NCBI GenBank assembly: GCA_035272945.1
Contig: DATEPX010000399.1
Location: 797 to 64,796, forward strand
Direction of reading: 5' to 3'
DNA from: Terriglobales bacterium
Lineage (GTDB): Bacteria; Acidobacteriota; Terriglobia; Terriglobales; Acidobacteriaceae
DNA length: 64,000 bases
Made by a program: the position numbers and the translations under genes. The first letter of the stretch is position 1, and every line of letters begins with the position of its first letter. The notes under the pieces are model-generated. The model saw nothing but the letters and a program-made list of their open reading frames with translations, ran no database searches and was not told the DNA's origin. This document shows positions 1-9,573 of the stretch, one piece after another.

Positions 1-198
1 CGGCCAGCATTGTCCAGCCTGCTCAACGGCAAGGCCGATCTTTCCGGGGACATGGCTCTCCGCATTGAAAAGGCGTTTGGGGTGAAGATGGACACGCTCA
101 TGCGCATGCAGGCCTCCTACGATATCGCCCAAACGCGAAAGCGCGAAAAGCAAATCCGTGTGCGCCGGATCCAGCAACTAGCTGACATCCACGCATGA
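1..198 (+). CDS. HigA/VapI-type XRE-family antitoxin, C-terminal part (gene starts left of the window)
   Basis: Frame 1 is open from nt 1. The sequence LLNGKADLSGDMALRIEKAFGVKMDTLMRMQASYDIAQ follows the HigA pattern LNGK..IS.EMALRL.KAFG....WL.LQ..YDL. Confidence 0.6.
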   Translation, partial: RPALSSLLNGKADLSGDMALRIEKAFGVKMDTLMRMQASYDIAQTRKREKQIRVRRIQQLADIHA

Positions 199-275
199 AG
201 TATTCTTCATTTCTTCGCAATCGTCCCGCCTGAACACTGGCAAGGGACCAACCTATTTCATGTGCTCCGGGACAT

Positions 276-975
276 TCATGATGCAGCCCGACCATGAGTT
301 TCGGGACGTTCCTCGATTTGAGAAGAGGGATCGGTTGGTGCAGGGCCGCCCCACCCAAAGAAGATCCGGAAAGCAGCTCGCGGCACGGCTGCAGCCGTAA
401 TGATTTCGGCGAACATCAAGACGTATATCAGCCAGCCATGGTGAAAATCTGCCGCTGCATCGGAAATCATGCTCTTGCCCAACAGCGGGCCGAAGGCCGG
501 AGTTCCAGCCAGGCCCCACGCTCCAAGAATGAATAATGCGGTAAACGACATTCCCCGGCCGCATCCGTGAAGATGACTTTCGCCGATTTTCTGCAGGCGA
601 TGCAGCACGATTCCCGCGCAGAGGAAGAGTCCACCTTTGATTGCGCCGTGCGAAAGCACGTAGATAACGAGTCCTCCCAGCGCTTTCGGGATGAACCGGC
701 CAATGCCAGCGAGCAACGAGTCCAGCGTGGGAGACAGTGGTAGTTCATCCCGTCTGCATCACATTCGGGAACACCCAATGGAAGAACGACCCGATCAGGA
801 TCAGGTAAGCAGGTATGATCAGCGTCCATGACATGTTATGGCGGATCACCTGACCCTCACTACGCACGAAGCGGCTGGTGGCCACGCCGACGCTCGCAGT
901 CTGCGGCGCAATCGGCTTCCCAACCTCCGCGCCCACCGAGTTCATAGTCGGCAATAGAAGAACCGGCAAGTGCAA
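276..975 (-). pseudogene. Fragments of a proton-conducting membrane transporter subunit (NuoL/M/N - MnhD - HyfB family)
   Basis: Two ORF pieces lie in different frames (276-716 and 745-975). The piece 276-716 reads GGLVIYVLSHGAIKGGLFLCAGIVLH...MSFTALFILGAWGLAGTPAFGPLLGKSMI, which matches the conserved helices of Proton_antipo_M proteins. It has no ATG start, and the total length is far below the ~500 aa of the family. Confidence 0.45.
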
Positions 976-1024
976 CAGTCAAGGCAGCTTCTCCGAGAAT
1001 GAGACAATACTGCTTACCGACTAG

Positions 1025-1663
1025 ATGGCTCACACTCCTCGCGATGTGCTGGCAAAGAATTTCGGCATCTCCGGTAAGACTCTGGAAAACTTACCGAGGG
1101 AAGAGCTGTTTATTTTTCAGGCTGATCCCCCTGGCCCGCTTGCGGAGCACCAACGCGCAGCGGCAGGGTCGCTGGGCATCACGCAATATGATTTTGCGTT
1201 TCGCGCCAATCAGCCGGCCGTTACCAAGCGCACCCAGGGTTGGCGAAGTGCGGATTGCAGACTCCACCACCTGCAAAGTATCGACGACCGTAGCCGCGGC
1301 CATCGTGACCGTCCATCCGGGTGGGCTGCGCGAAGTCCACTGGCATGCCAACGCGGATGAATGGCAGTAGTACATGGCCAGGGAAGGATGACCGGGTTTG
1401 CGACCGGCGGCCGAGCCCGGAACCTGGATTTTGAAACCGGAGACGTGGGCTACGTTCAGAAAACTCTGCCGCACGATATTGAAAACACGGGCAAGACGGA
1501 CCTGAAATTCCTCGAGATGTTCAGGAGCAGCCGTTTCCAGGATCTCTCGCTTTCGGAATGGCTGACGCACCCGCCCCCGGAACTGATCCGGGCGCACCTC
1601 AACTTCGACAAGGCAACACTGGACGCGATCCCCAGGGAATCACATCCCCTGGTGCCCGCGTGA
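1025..1663 (+). pseudogene. Oxalate decarboxylase (bicupin, OxdC-like): C-terminal cupin only, frameshifted with an internal stop
   Basis: Three frame segments are collinear with the C-terminal half of B. subtilis OxdC. (a) AHTPRDVLAKNFGISGKTLENLPREELFIFQ in frame 2. (b) GEVRIADSTTCKVSTTVAAAIVTVHPGGLREVHWHANADEWQ followed by TAG at 1368-1370, in frame 3. (c) GQGRMTGFATGGRARNLDFETGDVGYV...ENTGKTDLKFLEMFRSSRFQDLSLSEWL..PPELIRAHL in frame 2. The N-terminal cupin is missing. Confidence 0.8.
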
Positions 1664-1832
1664 GATCTGTGCTGCGGGTCAGATCGGTAGCTGCTTCTCA
1701 AAATTAACGACCGGGGGCTCATTACCAGCATCACATCGTACTGGGGTAACGCAAGCCTCTATTCTCAGCTCGGAAAACAGACGATTGACCGAGAGCAGGA
1801 GACAGGCTCTGCCACAGAGTCGCAGGAGATGC

Positions 1833-2771
1833 ATGATGAAGGTAGGGTTCATAGGCCTGGGTAATATGGGATCAGCCATGGCGCGCAACCTGATCAAGGC
1901 TGGCCATACGCTGACCGTTTACAACCGAACCAAGAAGCGCGCCGAGGAGTTTCGCTCGCTTGGTGCAAAGGTTGCCGAAGGTCCCGGTGCAGCAGCCGCC
2001 AATGCCGAGGTGATCATTACGATGTTGGCTGACGATCCCGCGGTGGAAGACTTGGTCCTGGGGGCCGGCAATGTCCTTCAGTCGCTTCCTGCTGGTGCTG
2101 TTCATATTTCCATGAGCACCATCAGCGTGGCCTTGTCTCGCCGGCTCGCCAAGGTCCATGAGGAAAAACATCAACACTATGTCGCCGCTCCCGTGTTCGG
2201 ACGTCCGGACGCAGCGGCCTCTGCGAAACTTTTCATCGTGGCCGCTGGTCGTGGCGAGGAAATCGAGCGCTGCCGAAGCCTCTTCGGCACAATGGGACAG
2301 AAGACGTTCGTTGCCGGCGAAGAAGCGCCGGCAGCCAACCTGATCAAGCTGGCAGGCAATTTCTTGATCACGACTGTGATCGAGAGTTTGGCGGAATCCG
2401 TTGCGCTCATCCGAAAATCCGGGCTCGATGCCGCCCAGTTCGTGGAATTTCTCACAACTTCTCTGTTTGCGGCGCCCATTTACAAGACTTATGGCAGCAT
2501 CATCGCCGCGGACAAATTTCAGCAGGGAGGCTTCAGACTGCCACTCGGATTAAAGGACAATCGGCTAGTCCTTGCCGCGGCCGAGGAGGCCGCAGTTCCC
2601 ATGCCGATAGCCAGTCTGGTTCACGACCGATTTGTTGAAGCCATGGCGCGGGGTCTGGGAGATGCCGACTGGTCCGCAATTGCCCGGATTTCCTATCTAA
2701 ACGCAGGACTGGAAGACAGTAGACCCATGAGTGCAGCTACCGCTACTTCGAGGTTAAAAAATGCCAGTTGA
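1833..2771 (+). CDS. NAD(P)-dependent beta-hydroxyacid dehydrogenase (3-hydroxyisobutyrate / 6-phosphogluconate DH NAD-binding family)
   Basis: MMKVGFIGLGNMGSAMARNL is a Rossmann GxGxxG motif, and IKLAGNFL is the region of the catalytic lysine. An AGGAGA Shine-Dalgarno (SD) sequence lies at 1824-1829, just upstream of ATG 1833. The ORF-track start at 1785 is probably an over-extension. Confidence 0.9.
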   Translation: MMKVGFIGLGNMGSAMARNLIKAGHTLTVYNRTKKRAEEFRSLGAKVAEGPGAAAANAEVIITMLADDPAVEDLVLGAGNVLQSLPAGAVHISMSTISVALSRRLAKVHEEKHQHYVAAPVFGRPDAAASAKLFIVAAGRGEEIERCRSLFGTMGQKTFVAGEEAPAANLIKLAGNFLITTVIESLAESVALIRKSGLDAAQFVEFLTTSLFAAPIYKTYGSIIAADKFQQGGFRLPLGLKDNRLVLAAAEEAAVPMPIASLVHDRFVEAMARGLGDADWSAIARISYLNAGLEDSRPMSAATATSRLKNAS

Positions 2772-3033
2772 ATGCCGGCACCTGAACGAAATCAAAGTGA
2801 CCAGCACGACCAAGCACGTCTGCGAAGACTGCGTGAAGCTAGGCGACACCTGGGTTCACCTGCGTTTGTGCCTGACGTGCGGCCATGTTGGATGCTGTGA
2901 TTCATCCAAGAACAAACATGCCACCAAGCATTTTCACGAGACCTCTCACCCTCTGATACGGTCCAATGAACCCGGTGAGGATTGGGTCTGGTGTTATGTG
3001 GACGAAGCTATGGTGGGTGAAATACCAGTGTAA
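2761..3033 (+). CDS. UBP-type zinc-finger domain protein
   Basis: CEDCVKLGDTWVHLRLCLTCGHVGCCDSSKNKHATKHFHETSHPL is the Cys/His pattern of Znf-UBP. The gene overlaps the upstream dehydrogenase by 11 nt. Confidence 0.85.
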   Translation: MPVECRHLNEIKVTSTTKHVCEDCVKLGDTWVHLRLCLTCGHVGCCDSSKNKHATKHFHETSHPLIRSNEPGEDWVWCYVDEAMVGEIPV

Positions 3034-3439
3034 GAAGGTCAGTCTCACCCGGCTCGATCGAGCTATACCGCATCCGACGGCAACGTTCTACCTGTTATGG
3101 GAATCGGATCAACAACAAAACATAATTTCAATGACATGCAGGGCCACGGATGACACCAAAGGCTATAGAAGTTCACGCTGGACCAACTAACGGAGCGCAA
3201 ATGGAGCGCAGAGGATTGATCGGTTTCCAGAGGACAGGAGCACCTGTTCGTTTTGAACCTCGATCACAGTGGTCGGTTCCCTACCAGTCCAACGAAACCC
3301 TGACACAGCACAACGGGTCATTGAAGTGCTGAGCAAAGACTCGCCAAAACGTAACAAAGAAGCACAGACCAAGGTGTTTTGGTACGATCTTCGTCAAGCC
3401 GTGGGTTCTTGGAAAGACGCGGTGTGTACTGGCCCGTCA

Positions 3440-3623
3440 GGAATCTTGGGGTGAAGGTTCCCACGATGTCACTGCGCAGAGGCTCAGCGAGAATGCTCTC
3501 CGCGATGCCATGCTGTTCAAGAAGGCGATAATCCAAGACGCCGGCGAGAGCATCGCGGTTTATGAGCGCGAGCTTCGTTACAAAGTCTTCAATCCCTACA
3601 TGGAGCGTTTGACGGGCACCTGA
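3440..3623 (+). pseudogene. Stub of a PAS-domain sensor protein
   Basis: The frame ending at TGA 3621-3623 reads RLSENALRDAMLFKKAIIQDAGESIAVYERELRYKVFNPYMERLTGT*. This is the canonical start of a PAS fold (..I.v.d.dlRy...N..me.ltG). The rest of the PAS domain and any kinase domain are absent. Confidence 0.4.
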
Positions 3624-3647
3624 CGACTGGCAGCAGGCCGGTATCCG

Positions 3648-4295
3648 TCAGGCGCTCTTCAGCACGACACTCTCAAGGACGTTGGCGGCATCTTCAGCTT
3701 TGTCGCTGGCGGTTTCCAGAACCTCGAACAATTCCGTGAGCTTGATCAGGGTAATGGGATCGGGTTCCTGATCGAAGAGGCGCCCGATAGCGCGCCGACT
3801 GACGCTATCGGCCTCATCCTCCAGGCGGTTGATCTCCATGCAGTGGTCCAGCACATAGTCGTGCTTATTCAGGTTCTTCACCGCTTTGTGGAGCTCTTCG
3901 CACTGTAGCGTCACCAGTTCGGCCAGCTTCTCCGCGTCCGAAGGCACGCTCTGGATTTTATAGAGCACCAGGCGGTCGCCCGCCGAGTTCAGATAATCGA
4001 GCACGTCATCGATCGAGGAGGCAAGCTTGTGGATATCCTCGCGGTCAAAGGGCGTAATGAAGGTCTGGTTGAGTTTAGTGATGATGTTGTGGGTCATGAT
4101 GTCGCCGAGGTCCTCGATGTCCTTGAGTTTCTGCACGCGGACGGGGACATCGCGAAAGTCGCGCAGGATCTCGACCAATAGGCGCGCGCCCTGAATAAGA
4201 TTGTCGGACATCTCCCCAAACATCTCATAGAACTTGTTCTCGCGGGGGGCAAGATGAACCATCTGGCTCTTAAGCAAGGGAAGAAGTCGTGCCAT
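3648..4295 (-). CDS. DUF47 family protein (PhoU-like, TIGR00153)
   Basis: ENKFYEMFGEMSDNLIQGARLL...ITPFDREDIHKLASSIDDVLD...LEDEADSV... shows the typical DUF47 helical repeat pattern at full length (215 aa). Confidence 0.85.
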   Translation of the reverse strand: MARLLPLLKSQMVHLAPRENKFYEMFGEMSDNLIQGARLLVEILRDFRDVPVRVQKLKDIEDLGDIMTHNIITKLNQTFITPFDREDIHKLASSIDDVLDYLNSAGDRLVLYKIQSVPSDAEKLAELVTLQCEELHKAVKNLNKHDYVLDHCMEINRLEDEADSVSRRAIGRLFDQEPDPITLIKLTELFEVLETASDKAEDAANVLESVVLKSA

Positions 4296-4605
4296 ATCTC
4301 ACCTCGTGTGGGAAAGCGTCACCAACTTACTTGCTGCCCCACCTCTGCGGACTCTTCTAAAAAACCGATCAGCGTTCCTGGATTATTCCGATCAGGATTC
4401 CTGCCCCGTTGCGGATCAGCAGTCCTGCACAAAAGGGATCACCATTGCCGGACTCGTCGGTCAGTGATCGGCGAACCCGGGACCATGGATCAGGGATAGG
4501 AGTATCCGCGGCTAAAGAGAAAACCCTCAGCTCGCCCGCAGAACACAACTTGGGTTCTAAGACCAGGGAATCCCCAGCAATCGTGACCTTCATAAGTAAG
4601 TCCGG

Positions 4606-7600
4606 TCAGAAACGTAATCTCGCGGATAGCTGCATTTCCCGTGGTACATGAGCATCGTTTGCACGCCCAAAGAATGCCGAGGTGAGCGTGCCGACATAAT
4701 TCGTGTAGTTAACATGGTTCATCACATTGAACGCGTCGGCTCGAAGCTCAATGTACCGTGACCCCTTGCTCCTTTCTCGTAATCTGAACATCTTTGCAAG
4801 GCGCAGGTCCGCGTTGGCGAAGCCGGGTCCGGCGCCACTATTGCGCCCAACATTTCCTGGCCCAGGGAGAATCAACCAGCGAACACTCGTCGCATTGATA
4901 GGAACGAAGCTGCCCCCGAACAACGCGTGTGCGCCGTCGTACAGCACGCCATTAGTCCCGCCGATGAAACGTCCGTCGACCGCAAAAGAGTTGAAGGGCG
5001 CCTTGGGATTTCCCAGGCTTGGGCGGTCGTTGAATACTGTATCGCGGTCATCGTCAAAGCCGGTCGTAATGTTGAAAGGAATGCCTGAGTAGAGGGAAAC
5101 AACACAACCTAAGTTGAAATCCCAGGGCAGCTTGAAGAGACCGGTAAAATTGAGCCGATGTCGCTGGTCGAAATCCGACCGCCCGCGCTCGCCTCTCAAG
5201 TCGTAATTGTTTGCCGGAAGAAAAGACAGCCCCGAGGTGTCATCGATCGAGTGGGAGAAGGTGTACTGCGACAGGAGCTGTAATCTGCCGCCCAGCGTGG
5301 TTCGCAGACCCAGAGTGAGACTGTGCGAATGAGAACTGCCTGAAGTCTCGAACTGATCAACATTCAGGAAATTCGGATCAGGACGCACACCAGTCGTCGG
5401 CAACGGCGCATTGACGTCGGGCATGCGGTACAGCTTCAGTCCGCGCAGCATGATGTACTCCGCCGTGAGGGTAGTCTTTCGGCCCAGTTTTCGCTCCACG
5501 TCCAAGCTGGCTTGGATGGCATAGGGAGTACGGAGGCGAGGATCAATCTGCAGCACACTGGGAGGTGAAGTGGAAACAAGACTAGAGGGGCTCCCCACTA
5601 GAGGGAAGCTTGGATTGCTAACGACAATCTGGTGCAAGTGGGAGCCGTTGAGAAGCAGGAACTGCTCTTCTAGAGTGACTGGCTGCCGTTGGTAGAAAGT
5701 GCCGATACCCGCGCGCAGGATGGTCTGACCATCCGGTGAGGTGGAGAGCGCGATGCGCGGTGCCAGATTTTTGTGGTCGTTGAGATTCGACTGGAGTTCG
5801 TGACGAAGCCCAACCAGCAAGCTCAGCTGCGGCCGAAGGCGGATTTCATCCTGAAAGAAATATGCGACTTCATATTGGGAGAATGCCACGCGCGGATCGC
5901 CCACGTTAACCGTATACTGAAGCGGTTTTTTGTTCACGAAGCTCGCCAGGTCAGAAAACGTGAATGTCCCACCGAAATTGGAAGAATCCGAATAGTCAAT
6001 TAGTCTTGATTTCAGAACTGCTCCGAACCGCAACGAATGCTTGCCATGCAAATAAGATGTAAGATCCTGGAACTCCACATCCTTCTCTAAGTTGCTCCGC
6101 GAGATCTGAGCGCCGCCGCTGCTGAATGAGCCGTTCACCAGGATCGCCGGCCTGCTGTTTGAGCTGCTAGCCAGTTTTGGCCGGTACTTGAAGTCGAAGC
6201 GGAACTCATTCAGGAAAGCCGAGGTAGGGGTCGCGATCTCCGATATTCGAAGTTCGTGGGCCTGATTATTCGAATTCCAGGCGCGCTCGGAGAGATCGAA
6301 TGCTCCGACCCCTTGGTTGGGCAGTCGAGTCTCGCTCCAGTTGTATCGCAGCGAGAGGATATGGAGTGGTGTAAGCCGAATTTCGGTTCGGCCCATCGAA
6401 TGAGCGGCGCGCCCCGGAATGGGAAAGGCTTCCGATAGCGGGCCGCTTGGTGTTACCGCTGCTACGAAGCTGTTGTTATTGTCTCTGAGGTAATCGCCGC
6501 CAACGAAAAAGGTCGCCTTGTCGGCGAAGAGCGGCCCATTGAGCTCGCCCGCGATCCACTCGCGCCGCCTGGGCGGGCGAACCGCGTCGTAGGGGTTGTG
6601 AGCATCCAGTCCAGCATCCCGGAAAGCGAATTCGAAACGCCGATGGAAGCGACGAAGGGAGCCACCTTTGGTCGTAACTTCGATGCGGCCCTTTCCTGGC
6701 CTGCCAAATTCGGCGGAATAGGGATTGCTGTTTACGGCGACAGTCTTGATACTCGAGCTCGGAACATCGAGCGTAGCGTCCTCTACCCCGTCAACTACGA
6801 TCTTAGTTCCCTCCGCATCATTGGCAGCGCTGTTCACAAAGAGGGAGGCAACCGCCAAGGGATTCTCGTTTTTCGCTGGCAGGCTCCGCAAGAAGTCTCC
6901 GTCCAGATAAACCGCACTCGCATTCTCTTCAGGAGATATGGGATCGTCGGACCGAGCCGACACAGTAATCTCCTCACTCACCTTAGCTGGCTGGAGGCGC
7001 ACTCGCTGGGCAGGCGTGGGTTGTGCACCAACCTCAAGGGGTAATTCCAGCGCCTTAAAGCCTTGTGTTTCTGCTCGCAAATGATATTTACCGGGTGCGA
7101 CTTCCCTAAATACGAAGTGGCCTGCCTCGTCCGTGACTGTGTTCAGTGCTCTGCCGGTCGCCTGCCCGACCAGTGTTACGTCCGCCTCCGGAATCACCGC
7201 GCCGCTCCGGTCTTCGACGAGTCCAGTAACAGTGGAAGTGGGCGGCGCCGGTGCCGTCCGAACAGACTCCCCGTCGCGGGGCTGCGCGGAGACACTCGGC
7301 GAGACAAGAACTTCGGTCGCCGTGTGGCTTGTCTCGTTGCGCTGATCAGCCGCCTGGAGAAGGCCGGAATTGTTTGCGGGAATAGCCCGCGGAGGGAGAA
7401 TCGAGTCATTGTTGCCGCCAGTGGCGCCGTCAACGACTCTAGTACCGGACGCAGCGGCCGGCCTGGGCGCGGTCGGAGCAGTCTGTTCCTCTGCGGATGG
7501 TGACATAGCTCTCGGCAACACAGAAACTTCGGTTGCCGGGTGGGCGGCCTCGCGACGTGGATCGGCAAGCTGGATCGAGCTGGTGTCGTTTGCCGCAACA

Positions 7601-8001
7601 GAGTACAGCCGAAGAATCCAGTTGTTGTCGCTGCCTGGAACGATCTCGTACGCAAGCGGACGCGCCAAGTCCACAACCACCCGTGTAGTAGGCGGAACTT
7701 GTCCGTTCATGCCCACACGCACCTCGTTCGCGCCGCCACTCTCCACGGTAAGGCGACGCTGGGGTGTTACCGCCACTGTCTTGGGTAGATCCATTATCAC
7801 TCGAGCAGGCGAATCCAGTCTGCTCAGGTGGGGTGTAACCGGGCCACTGAGCTGCAACTCAATCCTGAGCACTCCGGATTCTTGTCGAACCAGTACTCGG
7901 CGTAGTTCCACGGGTACCTTTATCGGCTGCTGAGCCGTGAGGACTCGTAGGAGCAAAGAAACGCAAGCAACGAGGAATAGCATTCGAATTGCTTTTTTCA
8001 T
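4606..8001 (-). CDS. TonB-dependent receptor-like outer-membrane protein with an N-terminal AMIN domain and a carboxypeptidase-regulatory-like domain
   Basis: The signal peptide is MKKAIRMLFLVACVSLLLRVLTAQ. An AMIN-like segment follows (PARVIMDLPKT...TTRVVVDLARPLAYEIV), then a Pro/Ala/Thr-rich linker. The CarboxypepD_reg domain reads VTGLVEDRSGAVIPEADVTLV...GHFVFREVAPGKYHLRAETQGF. A long beta-barrel ends in ...REMQLSARLRF with a terminal aromatic residue. GGAG lies upstream of the ATG. Confidence 0.85.
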   Translation of the reverse strand: MKKAIRMLFLVACVSLLLRVLTAQQPIKVPVELRRVLVRQESGVLRIELQLSGPVTPHLSRLDSPARVIMDLPKTVAVTPQRRLTVESGGANEVRVGMNGQVPPTTRVVVDLARPLAYEIVPGSDNNWILRLYSVAANDTSSIQLADPRREAAHPATEVSVLPRAMSPSAEEQTAPTAPRPAAASGTRVVDGATGGNNDSILPPRAIPANNSGLLQAADQRNETSHTATEVLVSPSVSAQPRDGESVRTAPAPPTSTVTGLVEDRSGAVIPEADVTLVGQATGRALNTVTDEAGHFVFREVAPGKYHLRAETQGFKALELPLEVGAQPTPAQRVRLQPAKVSEEITVSARSDDPISPEENASAVYLDGDFLRSLPAKNENPLAVASLFVNSAANDAEGTKIVVDGVEDATLDVPSSSIKTVAVNSNPYSAEFGRPGKGRIEVTTKGGSLRRFHRRFEFAFRDAGLDAHNPYDAVRPPRRREWIAGELNGPLFADKATFFVGGDYLRDNNNSFVAAVTPSGPLSEAFPIPGRAAHSMGRTEIRLTPLHILSLRYNWSETRLPNQGVGAFDLSERAWNSNNQAHELRISEIATPTSAFLNEFRFDFKYRPKLASSSNSRPAILVNGSFSSGGAQISRSNLEKDVEFQDLTSYLHGKHSLRFGAVLKSRLIDYSDSSNFGGTFTFSDLASFVNKKPLQYTVNVGDPRVAFSQYEVAYFFQDEIRLRPQLSLLVGLRHELQSNLNDHKNLAPRIALSTSPDGQTILRAGIGTFYQRQPVTLEEQFLLLNGSHLHQIVVSNPSFPLVGSPSSLVSTSPPSVLQIDPRLRTPYAIQASLDVERKLGRKTTLTAEYIMLRGLKLYRMPDVNAPLPTTGVRPDPNFLNVDQFETSGSSHSHSLTLGLRTTLGGRLQLLSQYTFSHSIDDTSGLSFLPANNYDLRGERGRSDFDQRHRLNFTGLFKLPWDFNLGCVVSLYSGIPFNITTGFDDDRDTVFNDRPSLGNPKAPFNSFAVDGRFIGGTNGVLYDGAHALFGGSFVPINATSVRWLILPGPGNVGRNSGAGPGFANADLRLAKMFRLRERSKGSRYIELRADAFNVMNHVNYTNYVGTLTSAFFGRANDAHVPREMQLSARLRF

Positions 8002-8064
8002 TAGCCGCTCCTCTCTACCGGTAAAAGCTCAAGAGCAAGCGCTAAGATATCCAGCGATGCCGAG

Positions 8065-9381
8065 CTACGCTTCTCCATCCTTTGCCGCCAAATTGGGCAG
8101 AACCGGGGCCCCAGATTTTTCTTGGTCTAGTCGTTGCCGGATAAGCACACGCTCTTCTCCCGGAGTGCGAGCGACAAGAAAGGCGTACACCTCGGTAGTA
8201 ATGGCGAGCAGAACTCGCACGCCCATCAAGGCGGCGATGCCCCACGTGCCCCACAAGAAACCCGCTAGAATCGGGGAGAGTACTCCCCCCGCATCCTCGC
8301 CCATGCTCATCCAGCTCATGGTGCGCGCGCGATTGCGCTTGTCGAAACCAGAGATCTCGGCCATCAGCGCGCCCCAGGCCGGGCGGAAAGCGGCCTTCCC
8401 CATGTCATCGGCTGTCTTCGCTACCGCGACCCCACCGAAACTGGGATTGACTACATAGAGGATCGAAGAGAGCGTGTTGGCAGCCGCCCTCACCGCCAAC
8501 ACAAGTTTGCGGCTGACATTGTCGGAGACCCAACCAAAGAGCGGGCCGGAGAAAATCGTGGCGAGCGTTGAAACTGTGTAGACGATTCCGGCCTGCGCTT
8601 TGCTCAAACCGGCGTATTCAGTCGCCAAGACGGGGAAGAGGCCGTTAAGCATTTCCGCAGTACTGGCGATTAAAAATCCCAGTCCAACGAACGGCAGGAC
8701 CTTCGGTCGGACCTGTGTTGTGCGGGCTGGGATTTCGCTTTCCTGAGCTGGGGCCACGTGAGATGGTTCCCGGCTGTCGTTCGCGCTGGTTGTGTCACTG
8801 TTCTCCTTGACATAGCGTGCGACGACCAGCAGTGGCAGGACCGAAAGGGCAAACGCTATGAAGAATACCAGTGGGTAATTGGCAGCAGTGACTGTCAGGA
8901 GGATACCGGCCACGGCCTTGCTTACCGAGCTCGCCACGCTCCTGGCCGTCTGGTACCACGCGTAAGCGGAAGCCACGGATTTTTCTCCCCCGTGCTCGGC
9001 AATGAGCGCATTCGCGGAAGGATCGCGCAGTGACATGGACAATCCATGCACACTCCGAATTGCGAAGAGCTCCCATGGCAGACTGGCGAAGCCCAGGGAC
9101 AGCGACACTAGGCTGCGCAGACTGATCGCAGCTAGGTAGGTACGTTTCAAACCAACGCGATCAGCTGCCCAACCCATCACCGGTTTTAATCCCACGGCTA
9201 CCGCGCTGTTGAGAGCCGCAAGCACGCCGACTTCGGTGAGACTCAGTCCCAGATGGCGAGCGTAGAGAGGCAGACTGAAGCTGATCAAGCCAAAGCTGAG
9301 GCGTGAGAGTAAACCTTCGCCCACGATTGCAATTAGCGAAAAATTGACGCGCCGTTTCATCTGAGTTCGTGAGCTATTCAT
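8065..9381 (-). CDS. MFS transporter
   Basis: The protein has ~12 hydrophobic segments. GWAADRVGLKRT matches MFS motif A (G...DR.GRK/R). It lies on the same strand as, and downstream of, the ATP-grasp cassette. Confidence 0.85.
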   Translation of the reverse strand: MNSSRTQMKRRVNFSLIAIVGEGLLSRLSFGLISFSLPLYARHLGLSLTEVGVLAALNSAVAVGLKPVMGWAADRVGLKRTYLAAISLRSLVSLSLGFASLPWELFAIRSVHGLSMSLRDPSANALIAEHGGEKSVASAYAWYQTARSVASSVSKAVAGILLTVTAANYPLVFFIAFALSVLPLLVVARYVKENSDTTSANDSREPSHVAPAQESEIPARTTQVRPKVLPFVGLGFLIASTAEMLNGLFPVLATEYAGLSKAQAGIVYTVSTLATIFSGPLFGWVSDNVSRKLVLAVRAAANTLSSILYVVNPSFGGVAVAKTADDMGKAAFRPAWGALMAEISGFDKRNRARTMSWMSMGEDAGGVLSPILAGFLWGTWGIAALMGVRVLLAITTEVYAFLVARTPGEERVLIRQRLDQEKSGAPVLPNLAAKDGEA

Positions 9382-9573
9382 TGGCAGGGTGGATCGAGTG
9401 CGTTAACGCGCATTTCTCGACAGGGGCAGAATGCCTCCCGAGCTGGGCTCGGTCGAACTTTGCTCCTACGCAGTAGGGTGCTGAGCGGCCAAGACGAGGC
9501 TTCGGCGCGCCCCGGAGTTCCCACAGCAACTTGTGCCGAAGGCATCCTTCTATCTGCAGAGTTATCTCGGGCG

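Noticed and set aside
3621-3650. The inverted repeat CTGACG...CGTCAG between the PAS stub and the DUF47 stop, considered as a bidirectional terminator.
   Set aside because: It has a 6-bp stem with a ~20-nt loop and no U-tract, so it is too weak to call.
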